Source: Microcystis aeruginosa NIES-2549 (GTDB lineage: Bacteria; Cyanobacteriota; Cyanobacteriia; Cyanobacteriales; Microcystaceae). Taken from it: 32,000 nt of DNA. Shown here piece after piece: positions 19,396 to 27,337 of this stretch (position 1 is its first letter; every line of letters begins with the position of its first letter). Position numbers and translations under genes: made by a program. The stretch spans positions 3,960,001-3,992,000 of the forward strand of contig NZ_CP011304.1 in NCBI RefSeq assembly GCF_000981785.2, written 5' to 3'. The notes beneath the pieces were generated by a model. That model worked only from the letters and a program-made list of their open reading frames with translations. It was not told the DNA's origin and ran no database searches.

Positions 19396-19713
19396 ATTTT
19401 GTCCTAGAAATTAGGTTAAGCACTGGAATGTCAAAAATGGCACTATGTTAACAAATATAAAGTAAATTTTTTCAGTGCTGTTTGACTATCAACTGCTATT
19501 TTTATCGGTAAGTTCCAACTATGTCCACATTTAAAGATGAATGTATCCAACTTTGTCCACTTTCTGGGAGTTATCTCAACTAGACACTTGATTAAAACTC
19601 TTTTTTTGCTCAAGAGAGGAAATTATTAAGAAATAAAAAATATCTGGAATCACTGGCAAATAGTGAGAATAAAATAAAAAAACTAAATAGTAAATATACG
19701 GAGAAATCAATCA

Positions 19714-20043
19714 ATGTTAACACCAAGACATCCTCACCCCCCCGCTGCCCCGCAAAGCCCTCCTCCTGGTGTGCCTCAAAGTCCTCCTCCCGGAGCGCAT
19801 CAAGGGTTTCCACCTGGTGGACACCAGAACAATCCTCCGGGGACACCGCAGCCCTTTGCACCGACTGGGGCAGGACCGGCCAATCTACCGCGTCTAACAG
19901 AACAAGATCAAGAACTCTTAAAACAATTACTCGGTAATGATGAACAGGCTCAAGCTTTAGGGGGAATGTTACAAAACTCACCGCCAGAAATTGCCGCTTT
20001 GGGTTATTTAATCTTACGAGTCTTTGAACGTAGTCAGTCCTAA
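19714..20043 (+). CDS. small hypothetical protein: Pro-rich N-terminal half, helical C-terminal half
   Basis: 109-aa ORF with GGAGA about 10 nt upstream of the ATG. The C-terminal half (NLPRLTEQDQELLKQLLGNDEQAQALGGMLQNSPPEIAALGYLILRVF) looks like a folded helical domain. A longer antisense ORF exists, but it is explained by the stop-free complement of Pro codons. Confidence 0.5.
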   Translation: MLTPRHPHPPAAPQSPPPGVPQSPPPGAHQGFPPGGHQNNPPGTPQPFAPTGAGPANLPRLTEQDQELLKQLLGNDEQAQALGGMLQNSPPEIAALGYLILRVFERSQS

Positions 20044-20051
20044 TTGGTCTG

Positions 20052-20126
20052 GTTCTTCGGTTGCTTGTCTGCTTACCAAAGAGCAGAAATGTCATAGTTG
20101 CCGAAGAACTTTTATACCGTTTTTTT
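20052..20126 (+). terminator. possible terminator after the small Pro-rich ORF
   Basis: GTTCTTCGG (20052-20060) pairs with CCGAAGAAC (20101-20109), with an inner CTGCT/AGCAG stem. It is followed by TTTTATACCGTTTTTTT. The loop is long, so this is weak. Confidence 0.35.
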
Positions 20127-20367
20127 GAGATACAACAATTTTGGCAATTCCTAATTTTTCCCTGATCACATAGTTATTTCCCTCTATAAGCCCTGGGAAT
20201 TTACCTTTAGCACCTCTCAAAAAAACATTTTTAGATTCCATCCTACTCGGTCAATCCCTATCTACACAACCCCAGAGACTTAAGAGAGCGTTATCTTGAT
20301 TTTCCCCGCCAGCTTAGGTCAGGATTCTGCCAGAGAAAATATAGTCAAACGAGGATAAAAATTTACC

Positions 20368-21981
20368 ATGAACTCAGAACAAAAAATCAATACTCCCCAA
20401 AACGTCCCAGCACCAACACCATTTCCTAATCAGTCAGGAGTGATGCCCTCATTGCCGCCCACAGATGCCGGCCGGGGGGCGCCTCATAATCAAGGTGGAG
20501 TGAGTCCCTTCATGCCGCCCCCCTTGCCAGGAGATATCGAACCACCGCCCCATCCCCCCGACGGTACACCGTTGCCGAATGTCTGGATTTATGAAGGAGA
20601 AGCCTATGATCTCACGGAATTTATTGCCAAGCATCCGGGGGGACAATTTTTTATTGGACGTACCAAGAACAGAGATATAACCACGATTGTCAATATCTTT
20701 CATCCCAATCCTGAAAGAGTCAAAAAAGTCCTGCAAAAATATTCCCTTGGACAACAGGGAAGACCAGAGCATATTCATCCTAAATACAACGCTCCTGCCT
20801 TCTTATTTAAAGAGCATTTTAATGGTTGGCGGGATACTCCTCGCTATGATTTCCGCAACCCAGAACAATTGCTTAATAAGATTAAAGCCAGAGTTTACTC
20901 TCCAGAATTTAAACAGAAAGTGGAGCGCATGGATTTTCTGTTTAATGTTATCAGTATCTGTCTTTTTCTTATCTATTTTGTGGTGCAAGGGCTGTACTTA
21001 GAGGCCAGACAGTATATGCCGATTTACCTATTTGTGCCTCTCATCGCTATGCTAAGAATCGCCCTAGCAGGGGTAGGTCACTACCTAATTCATCGGCCAC
21101 AAGTGGGATTAAACAAGGTATTTGCCAATATTTTTGATATTAACTACGTTCCCCTCGCTTTAGTAGTAACAGACGGTCATACTTTACTGCATCATCCCTT
21201 TACCCAAACCGATGTTGATATCAAAAAGAATGTTTTCACCTTCATGTTAGAATTGCCTCGTTTTTATCGAGTTCCAGTACATACATTCCATAAAATAGGC
21301 CATGTGGTTACGGGAATGTTTGTTCGCATTATGGAATTATGTATCCTCGCTTTTAAAGCAGGTGTTAAGAATATGTATGGCAGTTGGCAGCTGGGATTAC
21401 CCCATTTTTTAGGTAGTTTTGGTATTCACTTATTACTATTAATCGAACTGGTTATCTTTTGTCTATACGGCCAATTTTGGGCTTGGTTAGCGCAGTTTTT
21501 CCTTACCCTCTGGATTAGCACTTTTATGATTGTGGCTAGTCATGATTTTGAAGCCGAAGAACCGCCAATAGATCCTATGGCACCACCTCAATGGGAAACC
21601 CAAGATTGGGCGGTTATGCAGATTAAAAATTCCTACGATTTGACTATGGTAGGTAATAAGTATATTGACTGTTTTCTCTCGGCGGGCTTGGCTCCCCACC
21701 GGGTGCATCACGTTCTTCCCCAACAAAAAAGTGGTTTTGCCAATATCATCAGTGAAGATATTGTCCGGGAAGAATCGGAAAAATTCGGAGTTGAATGGGC
21801 GGCACCTCAAAACTTCTTTTTTGACCGCCTACCAGGGCTAATTAAACACTATCTAGCTGTGCCATCCCGATTAGCCAAAGAGAAGGAGTTGGGATTATTG
21901 AAAGAACATTTTCACCCGCAAGCCTTAAGAACAACCCTAGACTATATTGTCAAAGGTTGGGCTGGTATTGGTTCAATTTGA
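20368..21981 (+). CDS. cytochrome b5-fused membrane fatty-acid desaturase/hydroxylase family protein with a Pro-rich N-terminal extension
   Basis: 537-aa ORF. The b5 heme-binding motif is EFIAKHPGGQFFIG, with a second His in NIFHPN. His boxes are GHYLIH (HxxxH), HTLLHH (HxxHH) and HRVHH (HxxHH), separated by TM segments. Confidence 0.85.
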   Translation: MNSEQKINTPQNVPAPTPFPNQSGVMPSLPPTDAGRGAPHNQGGVSPFMPPPLPGDIEPPPHPPDGTPLPNVWIYEGEAYDLTEFIAKHPGGQFFIGRTKNRDITTIVNIFHPNPERVKKVLQKYSLGQQGRPEHIHPKYNAPAFLFKEHFNGWRDTPRYDFRNPEQLLNKIKARVYSPEFKQKVERMDFLFNVISICLFLIYFVVQGLYLEARQYMPIYLFVPLIAMLRIALAGVGHYLIHRPQVGLNKVFANIFDINYVPLALVVTDGHTLLHHPFTQTDVDIKKNVFTFMLELPRFYRVPVHTFHKIGHVVTGMFVRIMELCILAFKAGVKNMYGSWQLGLPHFLGSFGIHLLLLIELVIFCLYGQFWAWLAQFFLTLWISTFMIVASHDFEAEEPPIDPMAPPQWETQDWAVMQIKNSYDLTMVGNKYIDCFLSAGLAPHRVHHVLPQQKSGFANIISEDIVREESEKFGVEWAAPQNFFFDRLPGLIKHYLAVPSRLAKEKELGLLKEHFHPQALRTTLDYIVKGWAGIGSI

Positions 21982-22134
21982 GCCAACAAAAACCAGAAAT
22001 TCTGTCGGAAAGTTTCGGGAAAATTATTGGGCATCTTACGGATATAATAAAGACCCAGACTTTTCCCTAGCTTTCCAGGCAATTGGTTGACAGAAACCCT
22101 CCCTATAATACCTAAACTGGTTCTGATATTTGCC

Positions 22135-23322
22135 ATGCAATCTTCTCAGTTTTTACCTGTCATTGAAAGTCTCGCCACTGGCACTCCGGGCAATCTTGTC
22201 CAACAAACGGATGCCGCTAAATTTTTAGCTAACCTCAAAGGTCTAGAGAAGAATCAACATCGTATCGAAAAAATCTACGAACATACCCGGATTGACACTA
22301 GGCATCTAGCTATTAACTTATTAACTGAAGAAACTGTTAACTTTAGTCGAGAAGAGGGAACTATTGAACAACGAATGCAAATGTACGAAAAATATGGGCT
22401 TCCCCTAGCAGAAGATGTGGCGAGAAGAGTTATTTTAGCCGCATCGGAGCAACAGAAAAAGCATAATCCTTTGAGTACAGAAAAGATCGAGGATTCTATT
22501 GGTCTAATCGTATTCGTCACCAGTACAGGCTTTGTTGCCCCGGGTATAGATGCTCAATTAATTAAAAGTTTAGGACTTCGACGCAACATTGCTAGAGTGC
22601 CAGTTAATTTTATGGGTTGTGCAGCCGCAATGAATGGTTTACGAGTAGCCTGTGATCATGTAAGAGCCAACCCTGAGCATAAAGCTTTAGTAATTTGTTT
22701 AGAATTAAGTTCTATTAATGCCGTTTTTCAAGATGATTTAAATGACATTATCATTCATAGTATTTTTGGTGATGGTTGTGCGGCAGTAGTAATCGGAGCC
22801 TACGAACCAGAACAAATACAAGGTCGAGGAAAATTTATCATTCGGGATAATTTTAGTTATCTGGCTGAAAATACCGAAGACGGGATTACCTTAGGCATTA
22901 GAGACAATGGTATTACCTGTCTGCTGTCCCGTCAATTACCTGATTATATTGAGTCTGGTGTCGGTCGAATTATTACTAATTTTCTGAATAGTCATGAGAT
23001 AACCAAGGAAGATATTGATTTATGGATGGTTCACCCTGGAGGGACAAAAATTATTGAAAAAGTGCAACTTTCCCTAGATTTAAATGATGAACAAGTGGCC
23101 GATAGTTGGGGAGTTCTCCGTCAATACGGCAACCTACTTAGTTGTGCGATTTTATTTGTAATGGAACGCATGATCTTAAGATTAGAACAAGGATGTGAGA
23201 CGCAAGCTCTTAAACAAAATAACAGCGGAGTTACTCGTCAAAACGCCGCATCTTTGACAGGTTTGGCCTTCTCTTTTGCCCCAGGAGTTGGTATTGAAGG
23301 AATTCTCCTAGAAAAGATTTAA
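22135..23322 (+). CDS. type III polyketide synthase (chalcone/stilbene synthase superfamily)
   Basis: Cys-His-Asn triad in type III PKS contexts: NFMGCAAAMNGL, WMVHPGGTKII (HPGG is typical of type III PKS, not FabH) and YGNLLSCAILFVM, plus IFGDGCAAVVIG. ATG 22135 (MQSSQFLPVIESLATGTP) is preferred over TTG 22087. Confidence 0.88.
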   Translation: MQSSQFLPVIESLATGTPGNLVQQTDAAKFLANLKGLEKNQHRIEKIYEHTRIDTRHLAINLLTEETVNFSREEGTIEQRMQMYEKYGLPLAEDVARRVILAASEQQKKHNPLSTEKIEDSIGLIVFVTSTGFVAPGIDAQLIKSLGLRRNIARVPVNFMGCAAAMNGLRVACDHVRANPEHKALVICLELSSINAVFQDDLNDIIIHSIFGDGCAAVVIGAYEPEQIQGRGKFIIRDNFSYLAENTEDGITLGIRDNGITCLLSRQLPDYIESGVGRIITNFLNSHEITKEDIDLWMVHPGGTKIIEKVQLSLDLNDEQVADSWGVLRQYGNLLSCAILFVMERMILRLEQGCETQALKQNNSGVTRQNAASLTGLAFSFAPGVGIEGILLEKI

Positions 23323-23365
23323 CCCCACCCTTGAAAATCTATCACCGGACAGGAGGACAAAATTA

Positions 23366-25291
23366 ATGGAATTTTTGAGATTTTTGCTGGCCATATCCTG
23401 GAAACATATCACTATTGCTATCGTAGCAGGTTTAGTTAGCGGTGTTGGCAACGCTCTTTTAATTTCTTTGATTAATCGAGAAGTCCATGAGGGTCATGCG
23501 GTCAATGCTCTACAATACTTTAGTATCTTGGCCATATTTATTATAGTGACCAGCATGATCTCGCAATTTATGCTGATTTTTCTCTCGCAGAATGCTATCT
23601 ATGAACTGCGAGTGAAATTGAGTAAAAATATTTTGTCCTCTCCTTTAGAACATCTAGAGAGACTGAAAGAAAATCGTCTTTTGGTTAGTTTTACCGATGA
23701 TGTTCATACCCTAACTCATGCAGTGGCATCCGTGCCGAATATCTGTGTGGATTTTGCTACAGTTGTCGGCTGTTTCGTTTACTTTGCTTGGCTATCTAAT
23801 GCCCTTTTCGTCTTAACGATAGCTTCTACTGTTAGTGCCATCTGGTTTGTGCAAACGATCCTGAATAAAGCCGAACGTTTATTTTTTAAGTCGAGGGAAG
23901 AAGAAGACACCCTATTTAAGGATTTTAAAGCCTTGATGAGCGGCATCAAAGAACTCAAGCTCAATCAGTCCAAAAGGCAGGCTTTTATGGAGAAGGAATT
24001 GCAGAGTAGTGCTGTACGGCTTCGGCAACTAAATACCAAAGCGATGAAAAGATTTGCGATCGCTAACGGGTTTGGACAACTATCTCAGTTTCTCAGTTTG
24101 GGATTTATTCTGTTCATTCTACCTTTGTTTTTAGACATTCCTTTAACGATGTTGGCCGCCTATGTTTTAATTGGTACTTTCATCGCCTTGCCAATGCAGA
24201 ATATGCTCAATCGCATTCCTGAATTAGTCCGGGGAAATATTGCCCTGCGAAAAATTGAAAGGATGAAATTATCTCTCTCCAGTCTCTCGGAAGCAGATAC
24301 CCTAGTTTTATCCATCAGTCCCTCCTGTCAACTACAATTTCAAGCTGTCACCTATCTCTATCACCCAGAATTACCACCTTTCCCCCCCGAAGGTTCTCCC
24401 GAAGGCCATCCACCTTTCCCCCCCGAAGGTTCTCCCGAAGGCCATCCACCTTTCCCCCCCGAAGGTTCTCCCGAAGGCCATCCACCTTTCCCCCCCGAAG
24501 GTTCTCCCGAAGGCCATCCACCCTTTCCTCATAATGGTCTTTCTCAAGGTTTTGCCAATAGTTTACCAGCACTAGCACCAGAATCCCCCTCCTCCGAGAA
24601 GAAACCAATTCCCTTTCCATCCCATCCCCCCTATTCTCAAAAAGGCAACCCACCACCACCGCCAAGGACAGATGAAAAAGGATTTCTGCTCGGACCAATT
24701 AGCTTTTCTTGGCAACCAGGGGAACTGATCTTTATTATTGGCGGCAATGGCAGCGGCAAGTCAACTTTAGCTAAACTAATTACAGGACTATACCCACCCC
24801 TATCGGGAGCAATTTACCTCAATGGTAAACGTATTACCCAAGATAATGTGGAGTGGTATCGTCAACATTTCTCGGCAATTTTCTATGATTTTTACTTATT
24901 CGATAGTTTTCTCGGTTTTGATCGCCCCAATCTCGATCAAGAGGTAGAAAATTATCTGATGCAACTGCAATTAGCCCATAAAGTCACGGTCAAAAATGGA
25001 GTTTTATCCACCACAGAACTATCTCAAGGACAAAGGAAACGACTGGCTTTATTAACAGCCTATTTAGAGGATCGTCCTATCTATGTGTTTGATGAATGGG
25101 CCGCCGACCAAGAACCCCGTTTTAGGGAACTATTCTATAAACAGATACTGCTACAACTGAAAGAAAGAGGAAAAATAGTTATTGTTATTAGCCATGATGA
25201 GCGCTATTTTCATCTAGCCGATCATATTATTAAGCTCGATTATGGTGCTGTGGAATCGGAACAGACTGTTCAACAATCAGGTTCTCTCTAA
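23366..25291 (+). CDS. ABC exporter of the SyrD/PvdE-like 'cyclic peptide transporter' type, with a ~95-aa Pro-rich insert between TMD and NBD
   Basis: AGGAGG lies 8 nt upstream of the ATG. The 6-TM N-terminal half starts MEFLRFLLAISWKHITIAIVAGLVSG. The NBD has Walker A GGNGSGKST, signature LSQGQRKRLALL and Walker B IYVFDEWAADQEP. Confidence 0.88.
   Translation: MEFLRFLLAISWKHITIAIVAGLVSGVGNALLISLINREVHEGHAVNALQYFSILAIFIIVTSMISQFMLIFLSQNAIYELRVKLSKNILSSPLEHLERLKENRLLVSFTDDVHTLTHAVASVPNICVDFATVVGCFVYFAWLSNALFVLTIASTVSAIWFVQTILNKAERLFFKSREEEDTLFKDFKALMSGIKELKLNQSKRQAFMEKELQSSAVRLRQLNTKAMKRFAIANGFGQLSQFLSLGFILFILPLFLDIPLTMLAAYVLIGTFIALPMQNMLNRIPELVRGNIALRKIERMKLSLSSLSEADTLVLSISPSCQLQFQAVTYLYHPELPPFPPEGSPEGHPPFPPEGSPEGHPPFPPEGSPEGHPPFPPEGSPEGHPPFPHNGLSQGFANSLPALAPESPSSEKKPIPFPSHPPYSQKGNPPPPPRTDEKGFLLGPISFSWQPGELIFIIGGNGSGKSTLAKLITGLYPPLSGAIYLNGKRITQDNVEWYRQHFSAIFYDFYLFDSFLGFDRPNLDQEVENYLMQLQLAHKVTVKNGVLSTTELSQGQRKRLALLTAYLEDRPIYVFDEWAADQEPRFRELFYKQILLQLKERGKIVIVISHDERYFHLADHIIKLDYGAVESEQTVQQSGSL
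24374..24517 (+). repeat. four perfect 36-bp tandem repeats (plus a degenerate fifth at 24518-24540) inside the ABC exporter CDS
   Basis: The unit CCACCTTTCCCCCCCGAAGGTTCTCCCGAAGGCCAT occurs at 24374, 24410, 24446 and 24482. It encodes (PPFPPEGSPEGH)x4 in frame. Confidence 0.97.
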
Positions 25292-25317
25292 ATTAACCCA
25301 CCAGTTTCTTACTCACT

Positions 25318-26877
25318 ATGTCAGATAGTTCCTCCTTCCAAAAACTTAACAAACAGCCCGCAATTAGCTGGGCATTGGGATTACTAGCTTTATTTTTAGC
25401 CATTGGTGGTATTGTTCTCGCCTATCGTCAGTTTGGGCATACCCCCCACCGGGATAGTTCCCGTCCGCTGCCTGTAGCCGTGGAACAGACGGATTTAACG
25501 ATCATCGTTTCCGCTAATGGCACTGTGGAACCGGAAAAAGTGGTTAATGTTAGCCCTAAAACAGCAGGAATTTTGAAGGAACTGCTAGTAGATGAGGGTT
25601 ATACTGTCAAAAAAGGACAGATAATTGCTAAAATGGACGATTCTGATTGGCAGGGTCAATTATTAGAATCCCAGGGCAAACTAGCGGCAGCCCAAGCTAA
25701 TCTCCGCAAACTAATCGCCGGTAATCGTCCCCAAGAAATCGCTCAGGCCCAAGCGAAACTGGAACAACTAGAAGCCAACCTACAAAAGCTGATGGCCGGT
25801 AATCGTTCTCAGGAAATTGCCCAAGAAAAAGCTCGTTTAGAAGGTTTAAAAGCCATTTTCCAAAAATCTGATGATGAATATCGTCGCAATCAGCTACTTT
25901 TCAACGAAGGAGCCATATCTCAACAGACTTTAAACGAAAAACTGGCAACTAGGGATAGCGCCCAGGCTGCCGTGATTGAATCCCAAGAAAAGCTATCTCT
26001 CCTTAAAGAAGGAACTCGCTCGGAAGAAATTGCTCAAGCAAAGGCGGAAGTGAGAAATCAACAACAGGTCTTAGACCTTCTCCAAGCAGGAACAAGACAG
26101 GAGGAAATCGATCAAGCACGGGCGGAGGTGACTACTGCTCAGGGTTCTCTACAAAATGTCAAAACTCAGATTGAGGATACCATCATCAAAGCACCCTTTG
26201 ACGGGGTGGTTACTTTTGTCTACGCTGAACCGGGGGCCTTTGTCGCTCCTACTACGACCGGCAGTTCCGTATCTTCGGCCACTTCTTCCTCGATTTTATC
26301 CCTGGTTTCACAAAATGAAGTGGTCAGCAATGTAGCAGAAAAAAACATTGATAAGATCCGGGTTGGGCAAAAGGTGACGATTACAGCCGATGCTTATCCC
26401 GATAAAATCTTCCATGGACGAGTCTCTCTGATTGCCACCCAGGCAACGGTAGAACAAAATGTCACCAGTTTTGAAGTGAAAGTGACCCTAGAAGAAAAGG
26501 CGGCCAGGGAATTAAAGGCGGGAATGAATGTTTCTACCGATTTCCAAGTCGGCCAACTGAAAAACGCTTTAACCGTGCCAACTATTGCCGTTACCCGTCA
26601 GAACGAGCAAACTGGTGTTTTTGTTGGCGCACCTAACCAACCACCCCGATTTGTCCCCATTACCACTGGCGTTACTATCGGCAATCGTACCGAAGTTAAA
26701 AGCGGACTCGATGGCTCCGAACATATCTTAATTAATCCACCCTCGGACACCCGACCAAGGCAAGGTTTTTCTTGGCAAAGTCTCTTTGGTGGTGGGGGGA
26801 ACGAACCTGCTGCCGGTGGCCCTCCCCCCGGGGCCCCACCACAGGGAGCCTCACCCCCCCCAAGTGGGCCGCTCTAA
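25318..26877 (+). CDS. HlyD/DevB-family periplasmic adaptor (membrane fusion protein) with a Gly/Pro-rich C-terminal tail
   Basis: Signal-anchor TM (ISWALGLLALFLAIGGIVLAY), a lipoyl-like domain, a long coiled coil with four G(N/T)RxxEIxQAxA repeats, and a beta-barrel. It starts 26 nt after the ABC exporter stop. Confidence 0.9.
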   Translation: MSDSSSFQKLNKQPAISWALGLLALFLAIGGIVLAYRQFGHTPHRDSSRPLPVAVEQTDLTIIVSANGTVEPEKVVNVSPKTAGILKELLVDEGYTVKKGQIIAKMDDSDWQGQLLESQGKLAAAQANLRKLIAGNRPQEIAQAQAKLEQLEANLQKLMAGNRSQEIAQEKARLEGLKAIFQKSDDEYRRNQLLFNEGAISQQTLNEKLATRDSAQAAVIESQEKLSLLKEGTRSEEIAQAKAEVRNQQQVLDLLQAGTRQEEIDQARAEVTTAQGSLQNVKTQIEDTIIKAPFDGVVTFVYAEPGAFVAPTTTGSSVSSATSSSILSLVSQNEVVSNVAEKNIDKIRVGQKVTITADAYPDKIFHGRVSLIATQATVEQNVTSFEVKVTLEEKAARELKAGMNVSTDFQVGQLKNALTVPTIAVTRQNEQTGVFVGAPNQPPRFVPITTGVTIGNRTEVKSGLDGSEHILINPPSDTRPRQGFSWQSLFGGGGNEPAAGGPPPGAPPQGASPPPSGPL

Positions 26878-27337
26878 TCATTCCTATTGTCAACCTTGGC
26901 AGATGTTTTCAGCGGAAGGATTGACGTTGTATGATCAGTAGGCTTGTTGACAATCCCCGAAGCGCTCAGGCGAGGGATTCTTGAAGCTCATCACCGCGCT
27001 TTCTGGTTTCCCCTACTCACGTCTTACACGATTATGTCCTATCCGAACCTACTAGAATATCACTTGTTATCTAGTTGTCCACTTGTGGATAGCTCTCCAA
27101 GCGTTTTGGTCTTTCAACCAAGATTCGGGTATGCCCTACCCTATCTGCCTTACGGCAAAATGTTTTTAGTTTATTTCAGTCTTGGAAAAGACTTACTCCC
27201 CTGTTTTAAGAGTTTTCGGGTGGCTCTTGTCTTCTTTTTTCTCCTCAAAAGTGCCGTACTATTGCAACGGGATTTCCACGATGTGAGCGGCATTTCAACC
27301 TGTTGACTCTTGGATTTTAACACAACTGTTTAGAGTT

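Noticed and set aside
19169-19423. 84-aa minus-strand ORF. It briefly looked like an ABC ATPase N-terminus ending in a Walker-A-like GASHSCR.
   Set aside because: The GASHSCR part is encoded by the terminal inverted repeat of MITE R2. The ATPase-like nucleotides are in a different frame. It is a chimera of a MITE and a short gene fragment.
19610-20095. 161-aa minus-strand ORF overlapping the small Pro-rich ORF.
   Set aside because: The complement of CCN-rich Pro codons is stop-poor, so long antisense ORFs arise automatically. Its product has no start context. The plus-strand ORF has an RBS and a plausible helical domain. The same logic rejects 18530-18775(-), 20449-20778(-) and 24348-24698(-), the last being the antisense reading of the 36-bp repeats.
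22087-22109. Consensus TTGACA (22087) and TATAAT (22104) hexamers upstream of the type III PKS start.
   Set aside because: The spacer is only 11 nt, incompatible with a sigma70-type -35/-10 pair. The TATAAT alone might still serve as a -10 element, but this cannot be supported from sequence.
24374-24517. Tandem repeats considered as a CRISPR array. The heptamer arrays at 137-227, 5235-5290 and 8687-8737 were considered too.
   Set aside because: The repeats are directly adjacent with no unique spacers. One set is in frame within a CDS and the others are 7-nt units. No cas genes are present.
26944-27306. 120-aa plus-strand ORF after the HlyD gene.
   Set aside because: It has a TTG start, no RBS and a Leu/Phe/Ser-rich composition. 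It coincides with the non-coding repeat module whose paralogue (15017-15440) has no equivalent ORF.
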